Origin: Calcarisporiella thermophila CBS 279.70
Taxonomy: Eukaryota; Fungi; Calcarisporiellomycota
Direction of reading: 5' to 3'
DNA length: 64,000 nucleotides
Assembly (NCBI RefSeq): GCF_041956535.1
Contig: NW_027192203.1
Span: 186,001 to 250,000 of the forward strand
In this document: in pieces, positions 39,720 through 52,370 of the stretch
Layout of the letters: each line of letters starts with the position of its first letter
Numbering within the stretch: the first letter of the stretch is position 1
Program-made: the position numbers and the translations under genes
The notes under the pieces: generated by a model
What the model saw: the letters and a program-made list of their open reading frames with translations, nothing else
What the model was told of the DNA's origin: nothing
Databases searched by the model: none

Positions 39720-40261
39720 GTTGTAGTGAAATTCTAAGAAAAATGATAAAATGGATTAGAAAAATCGAAAGTCTTGGTAGGAAGAGATGAAATGAAGAGG
39801 AATCCAATACAGAGTAATAGATAGTCTCCATTCTCTGAAGATATCCCAACAATTTATTCATAGCCATCACGTATAAAATGATGATCTACGAAATTCAACT
39901 ATTGTATCTTTTTGTCTTTCATCCAACTCCATCCATCGACCATTTCCATCCATTGTATTTTTCAGCACAATATGATGGATGGATGTTTTCTCAATAGTTG
40001 CGATGGCAGTATAGCGATGCTCACCTTTTGCCTTTGCTGGATATACGCACGGCCGAGGGAAGAGGAGGGATCACTCTCGCAGCCCGACTGGTTTCAAATG
40101 ACTTCGCTCAGGATTAATTGATTACGTCACTAACTATCGTCATGAGTTGTTGACGAATTATTATTTCAATCTTTCACCTTTAGCTTTAAAACTACTTATA
40201 GTATATAAATCTCGATTCGACATTGTTATTCAATTATATTTATTATGATTGAATGATAATT

Positions 40262-40923
40262 NNNNNNNNNNNNNNNNNNNNNNNNNNNNNNNNNNNNNNN
40301 NNNNNNNNNNNNNNNNNNNNNNNNNNNNNNNNNNNNNNNNNNNNNNNNNNNNNNNNNNNNNNNNNNNNNNNNNNNNNNNNNNNNNNNNNNNNNNNNNNNN
40401 NNNNNNNNNNNNNNNNNNNNNNNNNNNNNNNNNNNNNNNNNNNNNNNNNNNNNNNNNNNNNNNNNNNNNNNNNNNNNNNNNNNNNNNNNNNNNNNNNNNN
40501 NNNNNNNNNNNNNNNNNNNNNNNNNNNNNNNNNNNNNNNNNNNNNNNNNNNNNNNNNNNNNNNNNNNNNNNNNNNNNNNNNNNNNNNNNNNNNNNNNNNN
40601 NNNNNNNNNNNNNNNNNNNNNNNNNNNNNNNNNNNNNNNNNNNNNNNNNNNNNNNNNNNNNNNNNNNNNNNNNNNNNNNNNNNNNNNNNNNNNNNNNNNN
40701 NNNNNNNNNNNNNNNNNNNNNNNNNNNNNNNNNNNNNNNNNNNNNNNNNNNNNNNNNNNNNNNNNNNNNNNNNNNNNNNNNNNNNNNNNNNNNNNNNNNN
40801 NNNNNNNNNNNNNNNNNNNNNNNNNNNNNNNNNNNNNNNNNNNNNNNNNNNNNNNNNNNNNNNNNNNNNNNNNNNNNNNNNNNNNNNNNNNNNNNNNNNN
40901 NNNNNNNNNNNNNNNNNNNNNNN
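40262..40923. other. Assembly gap (662 N)
   Basis: Run of N bases. Confidence 1.
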
Positions 40924-40958
40924 ACTATATAAATATCTAGACCGCTTTTATTTTAATA

Positions 40959-42645
40959 ATGCAGTCGACTGTATCGACTGCCCCTTCTTCTCACCAATCT
41001 CTCCCGCGAATTGCCTCTCTGGATGGTGGCCCTTTGCGAGCATATGCCAAGGTTGAGAGTGACGAATTTTGCTATTACATCCGTACACTCCAAGTTTCAC
41101 TTGGCCGCAAAGCAAAAGCAACAAAGACTGAGGGAGATCAGGAGGTTGATGTTCATCTTGGCACTTCAAAAGCTATCTCACGACAACACGCGCGGCTATT
41201 CTATAATTTTACAACACAGCGCTTTGAACTAACCGTGTTCGGAAAAAATGGAGCATTTGTCAACGAACAATTTGTGGAAAAGGGGGTCACAGTCCCATTG
41301 GAAAACAAGTAAGGGATAGTTAGTACCTCTCCAATTTTCAGTGTTGTAACATCCTCTCTGTTAGAACCAAAATTCAGATTGGCGAAGTTACGTTTGTCTT
41401 TAAACTGCCTCCTCCGGTTCTACCGGAGAGTCAAGTAAAGACTTCGTCTCACTCCACAGAAATCTCTCACCGTAAAGGGAATAAATCATCGGCTCATGTA
41501 GATACCGCCACAGATGCTCCTAAGTACTCTCGTCAACCTATTCAATCCCCCACGGCAACTAGAGCTTTGCAAAATATTGTCGCCACTACTGCCGCTGCCA
41601 CCAACATACCTAGCGCTGTCACAACAAATACAGCTGCAAAACCTACAGGTAGCCCAACGCCTGTAACTCCCAGAGCTGTAACTCCGACACCTAGCTCGAA
41701 TGTATCAACCCCAGTCACAGATAGGTTCGCGAAGCCACCTCTTTCTTATTCCTCTCTAATTGCGCAGGCAATCAATTCGACGCCCAATAAGAAGATAACG
41801 TTAAATGGAATCTACACCTATATTTCGACCAATTACCCTTATTATCAGATGTCGAATAGTGGTTGGCAGGTAAAGCATTTAGTTAATGTCTTTCAAATCA
41901 TAGCATCCGTATTGATCGCGGGTATTATATTTAGAACTCTGTGCGACATAATCTCTCTTTGAATAAGGCTTTTGTCAAAGTAGCCCGCGAGGATCATGAG
42001 CCGGGAAAAGGCGCGTTCTGGGCTATAGCCAGTCATTACAAGGATCAATTTGAAGGTGGCATCTACAAACGTGGCAGGCGCACTCCAAGTGGTACACCCA
42101 AAGGCACTTCTCCTTCGCATCCGCAGTATGGCACCCCCACAAAACAAAAGCCATCCCCGTATGCACCGGAGACTCTCCCTATCCCTGCATCCAACGGCAC
42201 ACTTTCCTCAAAATCTTTAGCTGAAAATAGTAAACAGAAATCCACCAGCGTTTCACTTGACTCTAATAGGCCGCTATCTACCACGTCTGAGCCGAAGAGA
42301 GAGCCAATTGCGTCGACACAGGCCATCATGCAAGCTGCTGCTGAATCCGCAGCTGCTCTTGGCCTTGAGAATGCTGATTTAATCAAAGTAGCCTCGCGAG
42401 CTCAAGAGATTCTGAGACAGTTGGCCGAAGGCACATTCCCGTTGGAGGCTTTTTCCACCCTAAATCTTTCGGCACTTACCTCTGCCCTTGCAAATAACAG
42501 CGCACAAACTTCGAAATCCGCCACTCCAACTACAAATACTCCTAATAATGGAAATGGAGCTGATGCCGCTGGTTCATCTACAGCACCTGATAAGAATGGT
42601 GGTGAAAATAATACAGTTGTGAGTGATGCCTCAAAAACACTGTAG
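40959..42645 (+). CDS. FHA + forkhead transcription factor (Fkh1/Fkh2/FOXK-like)
   Basis: Three exons. [41 protein letters not shown] (FHA) and [14 protein letters not shown]...[27 protein letters not shown] (forkhead). The true start could lie in the gap. Confidence 0.9.
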
Positions 42646-43108
42646 TACATTTAAATTTACCGCTCTTTATACTTTTTTTCAATCTGTATTTAGTTACCTT
42701 TATTAATTTTCGTTATACTGCGTGCATAATTTAATTATTGTTGATAATTATCCAGTATTGGCCTTTTCATTCTTGGTGTAGTTTTAGTAGTATTCTCGGC
42801 TATCTTAATATTCACTATAGTCATGCTTTAGGGCAATCTCTCTCTTTTTCTTCTAATTATGGAGAGTGGAGAGAGAGATGCGGAAAAATACCCCTTGTAA
42901 TTTTAACACGATTTTGAAATAGTATCTCGTTATTATTAAGAGATTAATGTAACTGACTGCAGAGAGCAGAGATGGTATTATTTAATCTGTTTAAAGCTAG
43001 CTCTTTTAAAGCGTTCGTTTTATTGAACTTAGTGAATGAACCATGGGCCAAAATAGAAGAGCGTCCTTCCATTATTCCAACTAGATGAAGCAAACTGCTC
43101 TTTTCACA

Positions 43109-44320
43109 TTACTCTTCCTTAAAACTCTCCTGCTTTTTCAGCTGTTCTTTATCGTCCCCGAAAATAACCACCGGCCAGTCTTCACCTAAAGGTACACAAT
43201 ATCTAATGTTTCTTGAAGCTAGTTTTGCCAACTCTTGCATATCCGCTTCAGAAAGGATCATGTCTTCGAAGTTGCTCTTGATCCGCTCTGGCGTTACCGA
43301 TTTGGCCAATACTGACACTTCGCGTTGCACGGCCCAGGAAATGAGGATCTGAGCAGGAGTTCTTCCGTTCTTCTTGGCGATTTGTTTCACCACTTCATCG
43401 TCGATAACTCGCTTGATTTTACGCACATTATTTCCAAGAGGGGAGTAAGCTGTGACATGGATGTTGTGCTGGTTGCAGAAGCGCAAAAGATCCTCTTGCA
43501 CCAGATAAGGTTGCATTTCTATTTGATTAACAGCGGGTACGACCTTGGCAGATTTGATGAGGCGCTCGAGATTTTCAACGTTGAAATTGGAGACTCCAAT
43601 AGAGCGTACTTTACCAGTGGCGAGCAGCTTCTCCATGGCAGCCCAAGTGTCACAATAATCGGTGTCATCAATAATCATTTTTCCATCCGGTCTATTGAAA
43701 ATTGAAAAGTCAGATTCAAAAGAACCTGCTTCATACGCTTCAATCCTCTATACCCTTTTGGAAACGGGTCATCGCCAGGCTTGAATGAGACAGGCCAGTG
43801 CATCAAGTAGAGGTCGAGATACTCAACGCCCAAATTGGCAAGAGTTTTCTCGAGCGCCTTTTGCACACGATCAGGGTGATGACTTCAGATAGCTCCACAC
43901 ATTAATATGAATAATATTTACTGGTAAAGAAAGATAAGACTTACTCAGTGTTCCAAAGCTTACTGGTGATAAATATTTGTTCACGAGGAACCTTTTTGGC
44001 CATATTCTTTAGCGCAGCGCCGACTTCTTTTTCGTTTTGATCTAATGGATACAGAAATTTATATGTTACCTTAAGTTTGTCCAATAATCAAGAATACTTA
44101 CATGCATGAGCGCAATCAATGTGGCGATAGCCGACTTCAAGTGCAGTCTCGACGGCATGTTGAACTTCGTGAGGCTAAATAATAACGTAATTAAGCACAC
44201 CTTCAGATTGTTGAAAAAAGAAAAACCAATAAATTTGGAGACCTTCGACAGCCAAGTGCCCAAACCCACTGCGGGGATGGTGTAGCCGGTATTGAGCTTG
44301 AATGTGCGACCAAGAGACAT
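43109..44320 (-). CDS. Aldo-keto reductase (Gcy1/Ypr1-like)
   Basis: Five exons. [23 protein letters not shown] (Asp, Tyr), IFITSKLW (Lys), [10 protein letters not shown] (His), [25 protein letters not shown]. Confidence 0.95.
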
Positions 44321-44591
44321 TGCGAAAACTAATCTTTCAAAGGGAGGAGCTGAACTATTTTTTCGAGAAAAAGAATAAGGAGTAAGGAAGTAAAAGCATG
44401 GGAGAAAATAAATTTATCCCTGAGAAAAATTTCGAGCCCTCGTGCAAGTCCATTTTTTGGAAAAATGAAATACACGGTATACGCGTCCTCTAAGGTTAAG
44501 CATATTTCCGAAATTACACTGTATATTGGGGAAGAGAAGAAGCCAATTTATTATTAGGTTTGAAATCAGAATGAAGCTGCTGGCGTAAACA

Positions 44592-47071
44592 CTAGCTTAA
44601 AAAGTCCTTGGCGTCGAATTTTTCAGTATCATACATAGTCGCAATTAACCGGCGCCCACCGAACCATCTGTGATGCATAATTTCGCGACACCGCTCTGCC
44701 CCTATATAATAGAAAAAAAAGCATATGTGTGCAGCCAAAAAAAAAAAAATCCGTAAGATTATATTCTCCTCCAACTCTTACCTTCTGCATCTTTGTACAC
44801 GGCAAATATGCGCACATCTCCATCTCCCACCGCCCGCCCCATATCCGCACCGCCTAGCTCCTCTTGAAGCTGAGCTTCGCTTGAAATCAGATTGGGAGGC
44901 ACCGAGTATATTAGGACTCGCTCGAGATCCCCATAATTTTGGCACTCTTCTGCAAACTCTTCCTCCAGTGTGTCATCCAACTCTGATACGGGAACTGCGT
45001 TTCGAATTAGAACGACACTCCTTGACTATTAATACAGAATAAGATACGTATTTAATATTCAATGACAGATCTTAGAGCGGTTTTTGTCATAAAGTGATAT
45101 CTATACCTCATTTTTTCTGGCCAATTTTTGCATTATAGCATAGCGCTGTTCACCTTTAATTGATACATTCTCCTCTTTTGCAACTGAATCATCTCCAATG
45201 TGTCCTTGCTTAGCCAGGTTTGCAGATATTCTGGCAGCTGCGCTATGTGCTTTTGCCGTTGCAGCTAAAAGTAAAAAAGTATGAGATTGAATCCCATAGC
45301 CGCTGATTATGCTTACAGATAGACAAGTGAAATTTACCTGGATTACTTGGCGGTATCTCTGAAGAAGGAATAGACCCTATTGGTTGTGCGGGCATATCCT
45401 CCAACGCCTTCATTCCCTGTCCTAGTGGACCTCCTGCAACTGCTTTTCTAACGAGCAATGGTAGTCCAGCCAGTTCAAAATTATTCATAGTTGCCGCTGC
45501 AGTTGTAGATGCTGTTTCGTTTTCAAACTCCACGAATCTATGAATAGTGGAAAAGAGATAAATATAACACAAGGTTAGTGGAAAGTGCCATTCATATAGA
45601 ATCGTAGGGAAAATATTAAAAACCCTTCTTCCAAACACATTGATTCAAATGTGGAATGGGAGTAATAATAAAATAAGATAAAATACAAGAAAGTTAGCCC
45701 ATTCCTCAAATAAATTTTGGAGTTATCATTTCGATATACTATCAGTCCCATTTGCCCAGGCATACACGATATCACTTCGTGACGACCCTTAGATAATAGT
45801 CGAGGAGGAGCAGAGAAAAATAGAAAAATAAAATAAAATAAAACCAGATAAAAGAGAATAACGAAGTTAAATCCAGGAAATCCAAAAGTATGACGCTTGG
45901 TCTGTAGGTTCTATTTTTAAACATTGTAAAATAAAGTAAGAAACTTACCCGTAACCTTTATGCTTTCGAGTTAACAAGTTGGGCTAAACAAAAAATAAAT
46001 TAACATTTGTCAAATAAAGTACGAAGCGTACAGAGGTGGAAACCTACCACAAGGACGCACGCATTTAGCTTGCCGAAGGCTTCAAATATCGTTGATAAAT
46101 GTTCTTCGCCAATGTGCTCATTTACATTGGCTACGTAGATTCGCGTACTTGGTGGTTTGGGGAGTGCTGAAGTGATCCAAAAGAATATATTTAATAAAAC
46201 TAATTAGAAGGTGAGTTAAATAAAAGCTGTTTACCTTCTAAATTGATAGTGTTAAAATTGGTGGGTCTTCCGACTTTAAGTTGTCTACCAATTGAATTCA
46301 TATTAGATATCAATATACAAATAGCAAATTAGTTGTATTGGTAAAAGGTTACCTTCCACCAAGCTCAGCATTATCCATTCTTTCCACCGCCATAGCAGCA
46401 GCTTCCGGAGTTTCGAACTCCATAAAGCAGAAACCTTTGTGTTTGCCAGTACTCGGATCGAGACCCATTACAGTGTCCTTCAAATAATATTTTAAATAGT
46501 TAACACTAACCACAGTTGATGTTGCATACAAGTAAAAGTAATTACTCTAATGGGACCAAATTGTTGAAAAACTGCGCGTAGGTGAGCTTCAGTTAATTCA
46601 AAATTAATGGAGCCAATATAAATGCGGCATAACACAAGATAGGTTCGTATATCCATATTAGCGACTAGTGCTGGATAAGATGCCTTAACGAGATCTGGGA
46701 GATTTAGAGGCGCTTGTGTTCTAGCTTTTAATAACTAGAAACCGAATAATACATAGCGAAGATATTAGAATAGATTTAATGTACAAAAGTTATGCTATAG
46801 TACATACTATTCCCTGTAATTCTCGCGCAAAAATCTTGGCCTTTTCAACATTAGCGCGTTGTTCTTCAGTTAGAGTAAGCATCGGCACTTGCTGCACCCA
46901 TGTTGGGAGTGCTGGATTCGTCGCAGCCTTAGCAAGATTTGCTACAAATCACACGATGTTTAGCCATATTTCCAATCTATGTTAAAATACGCTTGTCTTA
47001 CCCGCTATAGCCGCTGCTGCAGCTACCGGATCAGCGGCTGGCGAAGACGATTGTGACTTTTCAGCGGTCAT
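44592..47071 (-). CDS. PUF60: Poly(U)-binding splicing factor PUF60 (RRM-RRM-UHM)
   Basis: Spliced product LCRIYIGSINFEL..FQQFGPIR..DPSTGKHKGFCFMEFETPEAAAMAVERM..LGGRQLKVGRPTN; RIYVANV..FEAFG..KHKGYGFVEFE; EENVSIKGEQRYAIMQKLARK; UHM EEFAEECQNYG...RWFGGR. Alternative in-frame ATG at 47086. Confidence 0.9.
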
Positions 47072-47238
47072 TATCGTTAAGTTCATCCAACCGAACTATT
47101 TTCTGGATATATTCCATTAAATGTCGAGAATAAAATATGACGTCACAAAATCAGCATTAAAAAAATATCACTTTCACTTTATTGATCTCCTTCCTTGATC
47201 CGTTTTCTGTTCTGACAATCAACAATCACTAATTCGTA

Positions 47239-48021
<783 letters not shown>

Positions 48022-48465
48022 TCTGGATGAATGCTGACACAGCTCTAGATAGTGTACTGAATAACAAATTTTTTCTCCATATAACTTACCACCAGTATTA
48101 TTAGTTTAGGTTAGGTTTTGTTCTCTACTTTGTTTCATTAATAAATATCTTATCATTGCTTATTATATGGTATAATCTCATTTCGATACAATTCCGAAAC
48201 TATAAAAATTACTCTTGTTTGATTAAACTTATTGTTCTGTCAATCTTTATATCCTTACGTGTTTTATGTTATATTTCTTGAAGGTTAGGTCTGGTATTAG
48301 CACCACATGTTTAGCTGCTTATCTTCTTCACAAGCACAACTTAATATTGCATTGTATTCGGTCAAATGTATGTCGGAGTTCAAGAGATCATAAAAGCATT
48401 ATAGACTAAGCTTTATCATCCAATCTGCTCTTCACAAAGTGACTGTTTATCATCTTTTATCTTTT

Positions 48466-48472
48466 TGACTCA
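48466..48472 (+). promoter_or_regulatory. Gcn4/Cpc1 (AP-1) type site TGACTCA upstream of threonine deaminase
   Basis: Perfect TGACTCA ~80 nt upstream of the ILV1 ATG, with several TTATC (GATA) elements nearby. Consistent with general amino-acid control. Confidence 0.5.
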
Positions 48473-48552
48473 CTCGAAAAATATAGGCTATATTATATCT
48501 CCCATTCTCTTACACCTATATCCATACTTTTGCTGTCTGCATTTCTAGAAAA

Positions 48553-50411
48553 ATGACTTCCCCATTATCAGAAAGCGTAAATGGCTCCGTTAAAGCTACC
48601 AACAAAGGGAACGCGGATGATAAGTCTACCTCCGTAACCACACGATTGTGCACTTTACCCCCTTCCCCACACTCTGGACCCCGTCAAGAGCAGTTCCCGG
48701 ATTACCTTCGCATGATACTCACTGCTCGTGTTTATGAAATCATCAAGGAAACACCGCTTCAACATGCATATGGTTTATCCAACAAAACCTCTTGCAATGT
48801 ACTTCTTAAACGTGAGGATCTTATGCCCGTGTTTAGTTTCAAAATCAGGGGTGCCTACAACAAAATGGCGCACTTGACAAGTAAAGAACGGGACGCTGGA
48901 GTCATCGCATGTTCTGCTGGTTTGTATCCTCATATTATTTAAATTAATGGCAAGAATATAGTAGTTACTATTGTATACGTGTCTAGGAAACCATGCTCAA
49001 GGAGTCGCAATGGCAGCCAAGCATCTCGGGATCAAATCAACCATTGTTATGCCAATGGGTACTCCTGAAATAAAACATCGTAATGTCTCGCGCTTGGGTG
49101 GACAAGTTGTTCTCCATGGTGCTGATTTTGACGAAGCCAAACGCGAATGTGCAAGGCTTGCCCAAGTACATGGCTACACAGATATTCCGCCATATGACGA
49201 TCCCTACGTGATCGCTGGGCAAGGCACAGTAGGTGTCGAAATATTACGCCAACACAACTTGGACGAAATCGATACCATTTTTGCATGCGTTGGGGGGGGA
49301 GGGCTGCTTGCTGGTGTGGCCGCTTATGTAAAGCGATTATGTCCGAAGATTCGGATTGTAGGTGTGGAAACCTATGATGCAGATGCGATGACAAAAAGTC
49401 TTGAAAAGGGAGAGAGAGTAGTACTGAAAGAGGCAGGATTGTTTGCAGACGGAAAGGCGGTACGTGTAGTGGGCAAAGAGACATTTAGATTGTGCAAGGA
49501 GTTGGTTGATGATATGGTATTGGTGAGCAATGATGAAATATGCGCTGCCATCAAAGATATTTTCGAGGTATTTATACATATAATTCATCCCACATCTCTT
49601 AAATATGCTTCTAACATTGTTTCAATCTCCTAAGGATACCCGTTCCATCTGCGAACCCTCCGGAGCATTATCCGTAGCAGGTCTCAAAAAATACGTATCC
49701 CTTCATCCCCATTTACAGAATCGAACGCATGTTGCGATTCTCTCAGGTGCAAATATGAATTTCTCTCGCCTTCGTTTTGTAGCAGAACGAGCCGAGCTGG
49801 GTGAACAAACCGAAGCTCTCCTCAGCGTGATTATTCCCGAGCAACCGGGTAGTTTCATGAAGCTTTATAAATTGATCTACCCTCGCAATGTCACAGAATT
49901 CTCTTACCGATATTCTGATCCAAAAAACGCGTGGATATACACTTCTTTTGTCGTGAAGGATCGGATGAAAGAGGTGTCGGAGGTACTGGAAGAGCTACAA
50001 CAATATGGAATGACAGGATGGGATATTTCTGAGAACGAAATGGCAAAAAGCCACGGACGATATTTGATCGGGGGAAGAATGAAAGTAGAGCATGAAAGAT
50101 TATTCCGATTTGGTAAGCATCTATTTCTATTAACACAATGTGATAACCTTTTTTTATTGAAATTTTTATTGTTTGCTCTAGAATTTCCTGAACGGCCCGG
50201 CGCACTGAAAAAATTTCTTGAAGGAATGCAGTCAGATTGGAACATTTCACTCTTCCACTACAGAAATCATGGTGCCGACATCGCCAAAGTGCTCGTTGGC
50301 ATTCAAGTGCCGCCGTCTGAAAATGAAGCCTTTAAAGAATTTTTAAAGAAGCTAAACTATTATTATGTTGATGAAACGGATAATATTGTATACAAGATGT
50401 TTTTATCTTAA
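48553..50411 (+). CDS. ILV1: Biosynthetic threonine dehydratase (PLP-dependent, two C-terminal ACT-like regulatory domains)
   Basis: [32 protein letters not shown] (PLP Lys), [67 protein letters not shown]. Confidence 0.96.
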
Positions 50412-50712
50412 GAAAAGCCTTATGTATAAGAATAATATTATATTTCAATGGGCATTCATCAAACTTCAAAAAACGGAGAAAAAATGAAGTGGATATATCA
50501 CTCATTTTTCTTAGCTTGGAGGCGCAAAAGCCCAACTCAAACTAAGTAAAATATTATCTGCATCCCCTGATAAGTTAATATAATTGTTTCGGAGATAGCA
50601 AAAATAATTTAAAAGTATAAAGATATTCACATTCCGTTGTTTCAAGCTGAAGGTTTTTTCAAACAACGTAAAAGTAGAAAATTATACAAAGAAAACTATG
50701 TAACAAATCTCG

Positions 50713-51669
50713 TCACACCTCTCTAGAGGTGTGACGCACTATCTCATCCAGCTGCAATCCATCATGTATCTGAGAGATTGTGCACAGCTTTTCGATCGCT
50801 TCGTCATTTCTATTTAAGAATGTATTCAATCATAAACAACTCAGCCTAATATGAACTTATCTTTGAACCCACCTTGATTGGAAATCGCTTATGGAGGTTG
50901 ACAGGGAATCGAGCGACTGCATTCAAGATAATGTATAAATGAATTGGTTCAGAATAAGCAAAAGGCAATTTCAAAAATATACCACTATCCACCTACATTT
51001 TGCGTTGAGTAGATGTTTTTTTCGATGGACACAAAATTTTTGGCGGCTTTGTTTACTTGCTGTATATCAAAGTTAGCATATTATAGTTTGATAAAATGCA
51101 TTGACCCTTATATAAATTACCTCGCTAACACAAGTGCCTTTAACCAAGGTCTGTAGCAGATAAAGTTAAAATTGTGCGTAGTCACGGTTTGTATGATTTC
51201 GGATTACCTTTAGTAAAGTAGAAAGTTCCCCTGTAAACGCGTTTGATATATGTTGTGTACTCATTGCGGCACGTGAATGGCCACTCGTTTTTGAACTAGC
51301 ATTCATCATGGCCTGCATAGTATTAATATACGAGAATTAGTCAGAATTCAGCTAAATCAAGCGCAAGTAATATTTAACACCTTCATGTGATTCATAAGCT
51401 CATAAAATTGGTTTGGACTTTTTGATGATGTGGATGGGACGGAGCTTGCAACATCCTTTTTTTGTGGAGTAGCAGGCGTTGAATCAGAGGAAAATTGAAT
51501 AGATTGCCTTCGAATATAAGATTGGCTGTTTGACAATCCTCTCTTTGGCGACTAGAAAAGAGACAATTGTTATAGTCATTACATTACATTATACCGTTAA
51601 AAAATATTAGTGTTGAACCTCATTGTTCTCTACTGGACGAACCTGCTCGTTACGCTTAGGCGGCAACAT
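50713..51669 (-). CDS. Small 7-exon coiled-coil protein (186 aa), BORCS7/diaskedin-like
   Basis: Not in the ORF track. Exons 51669-51619, 51551-51381, 51312-51208, 51150-51121, 51059-50997, 50916-50873, 50809-50713 are all GT-AG and in frame. The C-terminal half ELSTLLKTLVKGTCVSEQVNKAAKNFVSIEKNIYSTQNSL resembles my recollection of human BORCS7 (DVIALTKQVLKGSRSSELLGQAARNMVLQEDAILHSEDSL). Confidence 0.72.
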
Positions 51670-52370
51670 TACAGACCATTAGCAGGTTAAAGGTTTTACA
51701 TGTTAAATTGATAATTTAAATTGGCTGAGCCACTAATATTGAATATTGAAATTCAAAATTTGATTATATGTTTAAAAAACGAAATATTAAGCGATAATTA
51801 CGAAAAGAGTGCTATATTCAAGTAAAATACGTGTTGATAAAATGTTTAAAAATAAAAAGATAATAGAGTTAATATTTTTGTACCATTGTAGGTACGATAG
51901 GCGACCTTTGATCAGAGATGATTAAAAATTTAATTAAAACGGCAACTCTTCTATGGTTTAAAGAGAGTATATATTTACGTCATCCAGAACATCAATTGAC
52001 GCTGTGGCGGCTTTCTTGTCGGCGGCAATATACTCGATAACTCTCCCTTCGACTGAATCCGGTTCTTCTTTTGTGAACATAATCTCATTTGTTTTCAAAG
52101 CAATCGTTGCAAAAATTCCACCTCATCCTAGTGTGATAACCACCATAACTTCACGGGATTTTCCTATTTCCTGCTCTTGTGTCAGTGCTAATTATTTTGT
52201 TCAACTGCCACTACCTGTGCGGCTAGCCATAATAGACATTTTTGCACCATCCAATTTCAATTCCGTACATTATATATCATATAGTCTACGTAAAACTCTC
52301 GCCTTGCACTGTCGCTTTTTGTTAGAATTTCGTTGAGGCGTAATTATAATTTCTTATCTTCGCCTACACG

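Noticed and set aside
40249-41056. Long poly-X ORFs in the ORF track
   Set aside because: Artefacts of translating the N gap.
40959-42645. Idea that the FHA-forkhead gene next to RPS10/RPS26 is Fhl1, the ribosomal-protein gene regulator
   Set aside because: The forkhead sequence ([14 protein letters not shown]...[22 protein letters not shown]) fits the Fkh1/2/FOXK group better; adjacency is probably incidental.
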